From: Sphaerodactylus townsendi
Taxonomy: Eukaryota
NCBI RefSeq assembly: GCF_021028975.2
Contig: NC_059426.1
Coordinates: forward strand, 141,050,001 to 141,114,000
DNA length: 64,000 nucleotides
Direction of reading: 5' to 3'
Notes under the pieces: generated by a model
Database searches by the model: none
The model's input: the letters and a program-made list of their open reading frames with translations, nothing else
What the model was told of the DNA's origin: nothing
Shown here: positions 47,901 to 57,005 of the stretch, in pieces
Position numbering within the stretch: the first letter of the stretch is position 1
Layout of the letters: each line of letters opens with the position of its first letter
Program-made: the position numbers and the translations under genes

Positions 47901-50900
47901 GGATGTTTGTATTTTACATATCAATTATAGAACCCATTGCACAGCAAAAAGGAAATTATGCTGGCACAGAGGACATCACACTGATGAAGTTGCGAAAACG
48001 GAGGTTACGCGAGCGCATTCTGTTGCTGTATTTTTGATCCTTGACATCCGGAGTCTGCAAGGTGTTGCTGTATTTTTGATCCTTGACGGCCAGAGTCTGC
48101 AAGGCAGAAACAACTATTGTGTCACTTACATGACTCTTATGAAGTTTGGGACTGTACTTTCCATGAGTGCCAGAGCAGGGTGACGACCCGCCAGCACAGT
48201 GAGACTTTGCACTATGGATTGAGTTGATAACCATTGATATGTATATTATTGTAAGTTATGCAAACTGAGAGGTAGTATTTATATGATATTTATATGATAT
48301 TTATTAAATTGTATAATGCGGTCGGACGTGCAACGTGCTGATTTGTTCTAGGTAAATACAGAAATGAACCCCAGCAGCCATGCTGATTGCCCCACAATCT
48401 GATAGGCTGCGCCTGTGTAGCAGCGTATGTACAACACACAAAATAAAAGAAAAATGGACCTCGCTGAAATGGCCAGGCATGAAGGAATTTGTTGCAGTGG
48501 TCATACTCACTGCCACCACGGGGAGAAAATGTGCTTGGGGGACTTGTGCTTGGAAGAAAATGTGCTGAGCACTGTCGGGCATTCAGAGAATCTGCCCACA
48601 ATGTGCTGGCCAACCTGCACAGAATGATGGGCAGGTGGATTCTCCCTGACACAATGGATGGCACAGAATCTAAAATGAATGGGTGGAAGGGAGGGAGGGA
48701 AATAAACCATCTCCTGCCTGTTGTGTTTGTGCAGGAGTGCCTCCAACTTGGGATAGTGCAAAAGGATTGCTGGTTTAGCAAGTATTGAAAATCCCGAGTT
48801 GAGGGGAATAAAGCAGGCCAAACTTGTTTTGGCAAGAGGACCTGTGTGAAGTCCACCCCCACCTCCGTTCTTTATAATGTCCTGCAGATGTTTAATTTGA
48901 CCTGCGGGAATCCACTTATTAACTACAACAGCATACTGGCTGACTAAGGAAAATATTTCAGTCAGAGGATTACAAGCCTTGGTATGAATGGAAGAAGCAC
49001 TGTTCACCCTAAATGTGAATCATGTACTGACAACTACCTGTCAAGAAGTTCACAGTGATCCAGGCAAGAATACCTGCAAAAAGCAAGAAAAGAGCCTTTC
49101 AAACTTTTTCCATATTTAGACCTTAACTGTAATGCACAAAACATCAACTCTGTTTTCTACTAATCAGTTAATCATTTTTTGTTCAAGTAGAATTTGATCT
49201 GATTCCTTATCCAGATGTTTGAACACACATCTGGGATTTTTTTCTCATCCTTCACTGAAGCTTTTTATCCAAGACTTTAATTCCCTTCCCCAATATACAC
49301 AACCTTAATTTTTGTATTTTCCATCAGTCTTTTGAATTAATCTCTGAAGAATCACAGCATATTTATTGGAAAGTGAGCATAAAACTGAATGATACATGAA
49401 GGTTAAATTACAACATATGGCAAATCATCCAAAAGTTTCTCTGGATATCGAAATTCAACCTCAATAGTAGCTAACCTACTTAATCACAGTGCTGATTGAA
49501 TTTACCAAGGTTTGTTCCAACTGGAATTCTACAGAAGGAAACATGTCTAATAGGGACTATGACTTTCTATGTATTCTATGAAGTTTCCCTAGTGTGATGG
49601 GTTACCCTTGACTTCCCTCTATAAGAAACCCTTGAGAGACATAATCATGGGGTTTTAAAAGATTCTGTCATTTTTAACATTCTGAGAGCAGCAGGAGTAA
49701 CATTCTTACCCTTCAGTCAGCCCTGAGACGTACTTACTAGGCTTGGAAATTCGGGTGCTACAAATACCAGATTCGGGCTGAATCTGGGCGAAAATCAGCT
49801 GAATATGCTCTGCCTGAATCTGAACAAATCCAAAAGCAAGGTTTTCGGCCTTTCTTGCGGTATTTTGGGGGGGGGGGGGTTTGCATTTTGGCCTGCAGAA
49901 GGCACATTTTTAAAACTAGTGGCACCAAAATTTCAAAGTATAATCCGGGGACTATCCTGATGATGCCCCCCAAGTTTGGTAAAGTTTGGTTCAGGGGGGC
50001 AAAGTTATGGACCCCCAAAGTGGGTGCCCCAACCCCCATTGTTTCCAATGGGAGCTAAAAGGAGGTGGGGGCTGCACCTTGGAGGGTCCATAACTTTGGC
50101 CCCCCTGAACCAAATTTCACAACTTGGGGGGTATCATAAGGACAGTCTCCAGATGAGACGCCCAATTTTTGGTGCAAAAATGCGCCCCTGACAGTCACCC
50201 AAAGAAGTTTCCCCAGATTCTGGGCTCTAAAGTGACTTGACTCCATTGTAGTCAATGGGGAATTTCTTGGGGGAGGGCTGTGGGGTGCACATTTTAAGGT
50301 AAAGCCACAAAACTTCCAGAATATCTTCAAGAGAGTCTCTTGATGACACCATCCAGGTTTGGTGACCTTTGCTTTAGGGGGTTCAATGTTATGGGCCCCC
50401 AAAATGGTAGGGCCCATCTCCCTCCGCCCCCTGAAGCAAAGGTCACCAAACCTGGGCGGTGCCTCTACCATGAAAAATGTGTGCCCCACAGTCCTCCCCC
50501 AGAAATTCCCCATTGGCTGCAATGGAGCCACTTCAGAACACAGAATCTCCCAGCTCTCTTTAGCAAGTTCTACGAGAGAAAAAATGTTTTTTCCCATCAT
50601 AGACTTCAATGGGGCTTGCTGTTATTCCCAGCTGGTGCTGGGCTGGATATTTTATTGGGGGTTCTGGGTGGGGGTCTTGCTCTGGGTGGGGGCACTTATT
50701 TCCCTCAGGGCTGCTGATGTGTCTCCTGAAAGGAACCAGTCAATTCTGCTGAAGTCTGCATGGCTGGGCATAAGTTCTGTGGAGGCCCTGGCTCTGGTTG
50801 AGGCCAACCTAACATCCCTGGGGCCAGGGACCACTAGGAGATTACTATTGGAGGCCAAAGTGTCCTCCATGAATAATATGAAGAGATGTGGTTCTAAAGA

Positions 50901-52987
50901 CATGAGGACCTCTGTTATCCCAATCCCATTTATCCCTCATAGGACTCACCTTCATAAGTTCCATCCATGATGCTAACACTATCATTGGGAACTAGAAAGG
51001 GTGACTCCTCAAAGACCATTCTGACCTGCAAAAAAGGGGGGAAATGAGGTTATGCTCCTTGAATTTGAAATCGGAAACTGAACTAAAATATGGCACAACT
51101 TTTCTCTCCTATGTAAGGGAGAGAAGTAAGGGAAAGTGGATTCAAGTTTAATGCTTTTCATTCAACTTCTAAATATTGAAAACAACACCAGGGCTATTTT
51201 CTGAAACTGACACTCTACCTTTGTCAAGGCAGAGCCATACTGACAACTGCTACAGTACTTCCAAGTTCCTATATAAACCAGGTACTGCATTAAAAAAAAC
51301 CCTCACAAATCACCAAAACTCAAAGGCTCATTAATGACAAACCTACATAAGCAACAAGAAAAAGCGATCTTTAAGAAAGTCATTCTACATAGTGCTAATA
51401 CTCTCCAATACCTTTTTATTGAGTTATTACCTTCAAATTAAAACACCCCAAACACAAACAAACTACACAAAACTGACTTTTATTTTTGAATTTAGCATCC
51501 TATACTTTCCAAATACAGCCTAACCTTACCTCTGAGAGAAGAGCTTGGGCTTTATGCTCCGCTAACAGCCGCAGACCAGCTGTGGCTTTCAATACTACTG
51601 GGGTCTTCTTCCAATGGCTACGTGGCACAGCCTCCTTGGCCATTTCTAACAATCTTCTGACAGAGTCTGCACCCTAGAGATTGACACAACCAATAAATTA
51701 ATATTTCAGTGGTGTTGGATAAAGGAACAGTGTTCAAGGTTCTTTCAAATCTTTCTCTTTTTTACTTCAACATCTTCTTCAGTATTTACCTGATGGTGAG
51801 CAGCGTGCTTATGCCTTACTTAACCCTGCCCTTATATTACTTGTTCTTTCTATTTCCTTTTCAAGTTATATTATCCTTTTCCAGAATGAGGAAAGAGCAA
51901 GGGAGAAGCCACAGAAACACAGGAATTCACCATAATGTCTTACTTTCCAAGGTTGATCTGCATAAGCTGAGAGACCTGGCTTGACTGATTCAAAGATTTC
52001 TCCTTCTAATTCTGGAGGCTTTTCTGCAATAAACAAACAAACAAACAAAGCAGATGTTATAACAATCAATGCTTTGCGACAGAAATTGCTTATTTGGAAC
52101 AAGCTTAACAACCAAACTAAGGAGTTAAATGGCTATCTAACATTTCCTGTATTATGATCCATCTAAGATTTCTCATTCCTTCATCTTGTAAAACAAGATG
52201 GCTTTCTACAGTCTCCCTCTGATCCACCAAGGGCTGCTTTGAGAACACAGTTTTGTGAAGGTATTTATAGTTAACAGACGCCGTCTTAAAATTCACATCA
52301 AGATCAATTTAAAAACTGATACAACACGTAGCTTAGATCTATGCCTCATACCATTATCATGTTTCTGTCCTCACAAAACTCAATCTGCTTCACAGTACTT
52401 CAGACAAAAAGCCACCAATCAGCCTTAAGTCTTCTACTGGGAAACTTCTCAAAGAAACATAAGAAGCAGACAACTCACTGAACTGCAACCACTTAGGAAG
52501 AGAAGTAAACTTATACAAATAGGTCAAAAGTGACTAAGCAAAAAAGACCATCAGAATAAAAGATTACAAATTCCCAGTTCACACTAAGAGAACCTTGCTA
52601 TCAGAATTAAAATTCAAGACCTTGCTGAAGAAATTGTCCAGCTTGTTCTCCAACTCTTGTATACTAACAAAGAAACTGATACCAAGATTAGCTAACACTT
52701 ATGATCCAAGAATTCCATGGCACACTCTTGAGAAACACATCTGTTCATCAACCTTTCCATGTGATCTTACCTGGGCTTCTTCGTACAAAGGTGTAAATAT
52801 GAATTCGTGTCCCTGTGCTTCCTGCATCAAACATGATACCATAATAAGTATCCATGCTGGCATTGGCAGGACACACCTTAGGTGGGAAGAGGTTTTGGAG
52901 CCACATCTCTGGGTCTTGATGAGAAACAATGCAGTAAATGGAGGAAAGTACGAGAAAGGAAATGATGGAGATCCTAGAAAGTACCAT
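29906..52987 (-). CDS. ENTPD5: Ectonucleoside triphosphate diphosphohydrolase 5 (ER UDPase, GDA1/CD39 family), 13 coding exons, 428 aa
   Basis: Exons 52987-52771, 52023-51944, 51673-51530, 51025-50950, 49073-49038, 46871-46783, 42257-42178, 41865-41804, 34009-33908, 33258-33118, 32549-32493, 31323-31208, 29992-29906 (1287 nt). Signal peptide; apyrase conserved regions [34 protein letters not shown]. Confidence 0.98.
30689..31030 (+). mobile_element. Tigger/pogo (Tc1-mariner) deletion derivative
   Basis: TA|CAGTGGAACTTCGGTTTT ... AAAACCGAGGTTCCACTG|TA; remnant [18 protein letters not shown]. Confidence 0.85.
31208..31323 (-). CDS. ENTPD5: ENTPD5 coding exon 12
   Basis: VCDNME...[21 protein letters not shown]. 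Confidence 0.95.
32493..32549 (-). CDS. ENTPD5: ENTPD5 coding exon 11
   Basis: [19 protein letters not shown]. Confidence 0.95.
33118..33258 (-). CDS. ENTPD5: ENTPD5 coding exon 10
   Basis: [10 protein letters not shown]...[13 protein letters not shown]. Confidence 0.95.
33908..34009 (-). CDS. ENTPD5: ENTPD5 coding exon 9
   Basis: [27 protein letters not shown]. Confidence 0.95.
35104..35571 (+). mobile_element. Charlie-type hAT deletion derivative
   Basis: TIR TAGTGGTTCCCAAA / TTTGAGAACCACTG; TSD TGTTAGAG/TGTTACAG; transposase-like C-terminus LHQAHPSH*. Confidence 0.8.
36112..36378 (-). mobile_element. Squam3-like SINE
   Basis: Reverse complement of the 7120 family with (TTC)n tail. Confidence 0.8.
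36476..36570. repeat. Compound microsatellite (GGGA)n(GGCA)n(GGCC)n
   Basis: Seen directly in the sequence. Confidence 0.9.
36571..36768 (-). mobile_element. Second SINE family (Squam2-like); other copies ~14575-14752 and a split copy at 42650-42709 + 46140-46245
   Basis: GCTCAGTGGTAGA head on the minus strand; CTGATTCAGTATAAGGCA..TTCATG tail. Confidence 0.7.
37720..41290 (+). mobile_element. Old L2-type LINE remnant split by the CR1 insertion
   Basis: Downstream of the CR1: [26 protein letters not shown]...YLKD, resembling the L2 ORF2 C-terminus (LHWLP..FK.L..KAL); degenerate upstream half. Confidence 0.6.
38050..40998 (+). mobile_element. CR1 LINE, 5'-truncated (part of APE endonuclease + RT + 3' UTR), frameshifted
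   Basis: [28 protein letters not shown]-like and FADDTKL motifs; (TTCTTATG)n tail. Confidence 0.95.
41804..41865 (-). CDS. ENTPD5: ENTPD5 coding exon 8
   Basis: [18 protein letters not shown]. Confidence 0.95.
42178..42257 (-). CDS. ENTPD5: ENTPD5 coding exon 7
   Basis: TLEQTP...[13 protein letters not shown]. Confidence 0.95.
43056..44123 (+). mobile_element. Nested hAT (OposCharlie1/hAT2-like ends)
   Basis: Perfect 16-bp TIR CAGGGGTCCCCAAACT; TSD CTTTAATC (43048-43055, 44124-44131). Confidence 0.92.
43200..43603 (+). mobile_element. Rex1/Babar-type LINE 3' fragment
   Basis: [18 protein letters not shown]-terminus; CAAATTCCTTGTGTG...CTTGGCCAATAAAG followed by (ATTCT)n tail. Confidence 0.75.
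46783..46871 (-). CDS. ENTPD5: ENTPD5 coding exon 6
   Basis: [18 protein letters not shown]. Confidence 0.95.
46906..47132. mobile_element. Small hAT MITE just upstream of an ENTPD5 splice acceptor
   Basis: CAGAGG...CCTCTG ends; TSD AGATAGTC/AGATAGCC. Confidence 0.65.
47636..48355. mobile_element. Penelope-like retroelement pLTR insertion (96-bp inverted ends, 38-nt tail, hammerhead core)
   Basis: 47674-47769 is the reverse complement of 48261-48356; 14-bp TSD ATACAGAAATGAAC. Confidence 0.75.
47969..48021 (+). ncRNA. Minimal type I hammerhead ribozyme motif, probably decayed
   Basis: CTGATGA-agttgc-GAAA-ac-ggag-gt-TA; stem III intact; stem I pairs only if CpG G>A changes are reverted. Confidence 0.45.
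49038..49073 (-). CDS. ENTPD5: ENTPD5 coding exon 5
   Basis: [12 protein letters not shown]. Confidence 0.95.
49738..50700. repeat. Interspersed repeat carrying the same GGTTTGGTTCAGGG palindromic module; ends not resolved
   Basis: 49890-50160 is similar to 17260-17660 and 62280-62770. Confidence 0.7.
50950..51025 (-). CDS. ENTPD5: ENTPD5 coding exon 4
   Basis: [18 protein letters not shown]. Confidence 0.95.
51530..51673 (-). CDS. ENTPD5: ENTPD5 coding exon 3
   Basis: [18 protein letters not shown]. Confidence 0.95.
51944..52023 (-). CDS. ENTPD5: ENTPD5 coding exon 2
   Basis: [20 protein letters not shown]. Confidence 0.95.
52771..52987 (-). CDS. ENTPD5: ENTPD5 coding exon 1 (whole exon starts at 53048)
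   Basis: Signal peptide + [15 protein letters not shown]; G|gtaaga. Confidence 0.95.
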
Positions 52988-54105
52988 CGTGACTGGGAGC
53001 CCTGGACAGTTCCTATGTGAATCAGGACTTGCAGAGTTCTAGAAGTTCCTGGAGACAAAAGGTATAAACTAGTAGCAAAGATTTAACAACATCAAGTTAG
53101 TCACATCTGTGAAAACTGGCCCTCCTATAGAGACAGTTACAACTCAGCAGCTACAAAAAGAACTTTGTTAACTGCTATTAAAGGTTGCTGTTTTGAATCC
53201 TTTTAAATTTTGTGTTTAACTTAATTCCACAATCATTCAAGATACCTCCCCCCACTCCACTCAGCCCCCAAATGTACAGCTTCAAGATAATGTGGAGATC
53301 AACACTATCATTAATTCATTCCTTAATGCAGCAAAACTGTAATCAGGCCAATGCTTCTCTGCCCTGTCACATTTCAAATGCTGGGCAGGCAGAAAAACAA
53401 AAATGTCATTCAAAGCTATGAACAATGAGAATTTCACATCCTGCTCATGGCAGCTGCTTTGAGCCGATATATGAAGAGGGTGAAAAACTTGCCATTCTAA
53501 GTTGCACTGGCGTCAGTTATAGAGTGATGTATTGTTTCTGGAAAGGCAGAATGGAAAGATACGGTTTTCTGTCCTTGTATTCCTACTTCTCTAGGGTTGT
53601 TGTCATTGTGTAGATTAACTTTGACTTCCAAATCAGATGCAGATAAGTTTTAGAACAATTGTCCTCACAAAAGCTTTGTTTGGTTACAACACATCAACAG
53701 CCCATCACAAAATATGGATAAAAATAGGTAATAATAATATTACAAGAGAAATTCCAAAATTGACCCCCTGTCCTTAAATGACTGGCCTCATAGAGAAGTC
53801 TAAAGAACACAGCAAAATTTACACTGAAATATCAAATGGAACTGAATGCAGACATTGTTGGTGACAATATGCTTAATTGGGAGTGACATGACCCCACTCC
53901 CTGCCATGTGTACATTTTAAATGGATTCCAAAGTACCAAGATACTACTGAATCAGAACTATGATGTAGTGGTTTGTGTTCATGCACACAAACCAAATGCA
54001 CACACCTAAAAGCCAACTCTCCTTCCACTAAAGATCCCCAGTTTTCCCGCTTTTCCAATTTGTTACTCCTAATTTGGGGTCCTCATCCCCATAGTCAAAG
54101 ATATT

Positions 54106-54553
54106 TGTAGTAGTGCACCGCCGACCCAGCAGTGCCGTAGTAGAACGTTGGGACGCCAACGGACCTGCGGCCTTGCCGGTCGCATCGCACCCCCACTCCT
54201 CATCCCCCCATGAGTCACGGGTCATGAACTGTCTGGCTCAATCACCGGGCGCAGGGACAATGGTCTTGCCCCCAGGTGAGGATTAGGCTCAGACGCGTAC
54301 GCTCCTCTCCGCACGTAGCCAGATGAGATCATGCATCACATGATGATCTCCCGGCCTCCCGCTCTCCCGGAACTCCCCCCCAGTCCTCCCTCCTACACGC
54401 CCCCGATAGAGTAACAATAAAAGGTGCCAGGAACCGGCAGACGGGAGACTCGCTAGGAACACGGACCTCCGGTCTCCCGCTGCTGGCGATCTCCACCAGA
54501 TGTTATCTCCGCGTCTCGTCTCGTTCTTACGCTGACCGCGTGGGTCGACTACA
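54106..54553 (+). mobile_element. Solo LTR (448 bp)
   Basis: TGTAGT...ACTACA termini; 5-bp TSD ATATT (54101-54105, 54554-54558); AATAAAA at ~54416; CpG-rich. Confidence 0.88.
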
Positions 54554-56248
54554 ATATTTAACAGTTCCTTGCCTGTTCCTAGCACCAGCAGGCTTCATCC
54601 AGTTCCTAAGCTGATGGAATCTATCTAGTGCATCAGCCTTTCAACAATAAATGATTTCACTGCTTGTAAATTCAATCATCTAATTATACCTGTCTGCCAA
54701 TATGTAATCAGTCTTTGGCATGTGGTCCCATCAGCTCAAACCTTCATCTGCTCCCATTTCAAATCTGCTGCTCTTTTCCTCTCAGAATCTTCATCTGCCC
54801 TCTGCCTTTTATTTAATGTCCCTAGTTACAACAGGCAAAAGTTAACCTTTAAACCGGTGTCCTAATATTTTGCATCAGCAGTTTTACAAACTATTCTTTC
54901 AGATAAGAAAACTGTCAAGTCACCACCTTAATGAAATACAGGAATTCATCTGCTAAATCCTTATCCAATAGTACTTAGCTACTTTGATTGGCAGACTGTT
55001 TTTGGCCCAACAAAATCAAGGATATAGTTACCAAACTGACACATATTTAATTAAGTTCGCATCCTTATTTCTTCACAGAACATAAGCTGACTTTCAATGG
55101 ATTCCCAAGAGATATCCCATTCAAGTATAAACAGGTTTGTGAAAGGGAGGGGAGAACTATGTGGTTTCCCCGTGCTCTGTGTGTATACATTTAACACACC
55201 CCTTTAGTCACTAACTATAGAACAAAAGCAGCAGTTTCACATGTAAATAATATTTGTGTTAATAAACAGATCACACGGAAATGTCAAATATCTTGTCACC
55301 ATTACAACTGTGATAAATGAGAGAAGAAAGATGATAAACGACAGAAGGAAGAGATATAAGAGATTATAAAATACAGAGAAATTGTAATACATTCAGTATG
55401 AAAAATAGTCAGTCAGGAACCAAGAACAGGAAAAACATGTTTCAGATGAACAAAAAAAACAAGACAGTTAAGTGGCAGAGATCAGAAAAAGGTGGTGGTG
55501 AAGCAAAGGCCCCTTCTGCACACACAAAATAATGCATTTTCAAACCACTTTCACAACTGTTTGCAAGTGGATTTTGCCATTCCGCACAGCTCCAAAGAGC
55601 ACTGAAAGCAGTTTGAAAGTGCATTATTCTGCATGTGCAGAATGAGCCAAGGAAACCACCATTGCAGTAGCTAAGCCAACAGATTATGAAGAAGCATACA
55701 TGTATCTTGGTGGTATCCATAGAAAAACATTTCCAAAGTTTGTTCCCAATCAATTTAAAATGGAGAAAACAAACAAGAGCAAACCAGCAGCCAACATTTC
55801 ATCTTGCCCTATTTATCTTCCTAGTTATATGACAGCGGCAGGAATCAATGTTAAAATCCTGTTATACCTTTAGCCAAAAGCCCTGAATATGTACTCCAAA
55901 TTCTCTCTCAAAGCAAGTTCACTTGCCAGCCAGACATGAAAGATATCACACCATCTGCACCTACCGCTTTCCAAGTGTTCCTTGCAGCTAAGTCTTAACT
56001 ATTAATTGAACTACCAAGAGCGTTCTGGCTTAAATTTCAAACATGGGTTTATCATTTATCCCATGCAAATAATAAAAAGTATCTAAGTCCAGTTTTTACT
56101 TGAGCCACGCAGGTTCAAGGGCACATCTTAGACTGGCAAAAACTTAATGAGAACAGCAGAAAATTATTTACCAAGGTGAATGCTTACGGAAGGGAAAGGT
56201 GCAAAGTCAAGCATGCCTGGGAGAAACGAAGAGGTATGTTTGACTCAC

Positions 56249-56301
56249 CCTGTTGTGTCACACTGTTCCAGTTGGAATCGTACCAGTTCAATTTCAACCA
56301 C
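56249..56301 (-). other. ENTPD5: Probable ENTPD5 non-coding 5' UTR exon
   Basis: cttttccag| 53 nt |gtgagt, between the promoter and the first coding exon. Confidence 0.6.
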
Positions 56302-56794
56302 CTGGAAAAGTTTACCCCAAAGCGCTCCCGCAACACTATACCACACTAGGTACAACTAGAAATTGGGGGAAGAGACAATACTCTTTCCAAGACTAACTCA
56401 TAAATTAGATGAATTTGTCCTTCGTGAAATCTCGTATTTTTTTCTGATGTTGAAACCACTGCTTCGGCACAAACAGGATATTTTCGAAAGTGACCAAGTG
56501 CCAACGAAGCTTCTGACGGATTTCCCACAGTTTTGATGTAACGTGCTGCAACAGAGGGCAAGTCTCTGGCGGAGAGACCGTAAGATGCGGGCACAGCATA
56601 GGTACAATGAAGCTGCATGGAGCGGCAGCTTGAAAATGCAACCACAGACACACAGCCAGGGCATTTGAGAGCTGAGAACAAAGCGAGAAGTGCACGAGAA
56701 GGCAGCAGCAGCAGCGGCAACCGGTCCAAACTGGTCGCTATCCAGAAAAGGGAAAGACACCTGAACGCACTCCCACGTGCAATTGGCCACTCAC

Positions 56795-56880
56795 CGCCTC
56801 GTCCAAGCCCCCAACCCGCCACATCTCGCCGGCGGCACGTCTACACACACAGCGCGTCGCGTCATCGGCGACCGCGTCGA
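56795..56880 (-). other. ENTPD5: Probable ENTPD5 first (non-coding) exon; TSS approximate
   Basis: Donor GCG|gtgagt at 56795 inside the CpG island. Confidence 0.55.
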
Positions 56881-56961
56881 TGTCACTAGTCCGCGCCATT
56901 TGGTTTCCATAGTAACGGGTCGCCTCGGAAAGAAGCCCGGGGACGCGAAGTGTGCGTTTCC

Positions 56962-57005
56962 ATGGCGAAAGGGAAAGGCAAAACCAAAGGCTCAAAGGGA
57001 GGGAG
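56962..57005 (+). CDS. BBOF1: BBOF1 exon 1 (MAKGKGKTKGSKGG)
   Basis: Lys/Gly-rich N-terminus like human MPSKGKDKKKGK; AG|gtaata, phase 2. Confidence 0.8.

Noticed and set aside
48290-49007. Overlapping 166-190 aa ORFs
   Set aside because: They span a repeat junction and resemble a degenerate L1/Tx1-type 3' remnant; no gene structure.
50055-50970. ORFs of 184-203 aa
   Set aside because: They lie in GC-rich palindromic repeat modules and are not protein-like.
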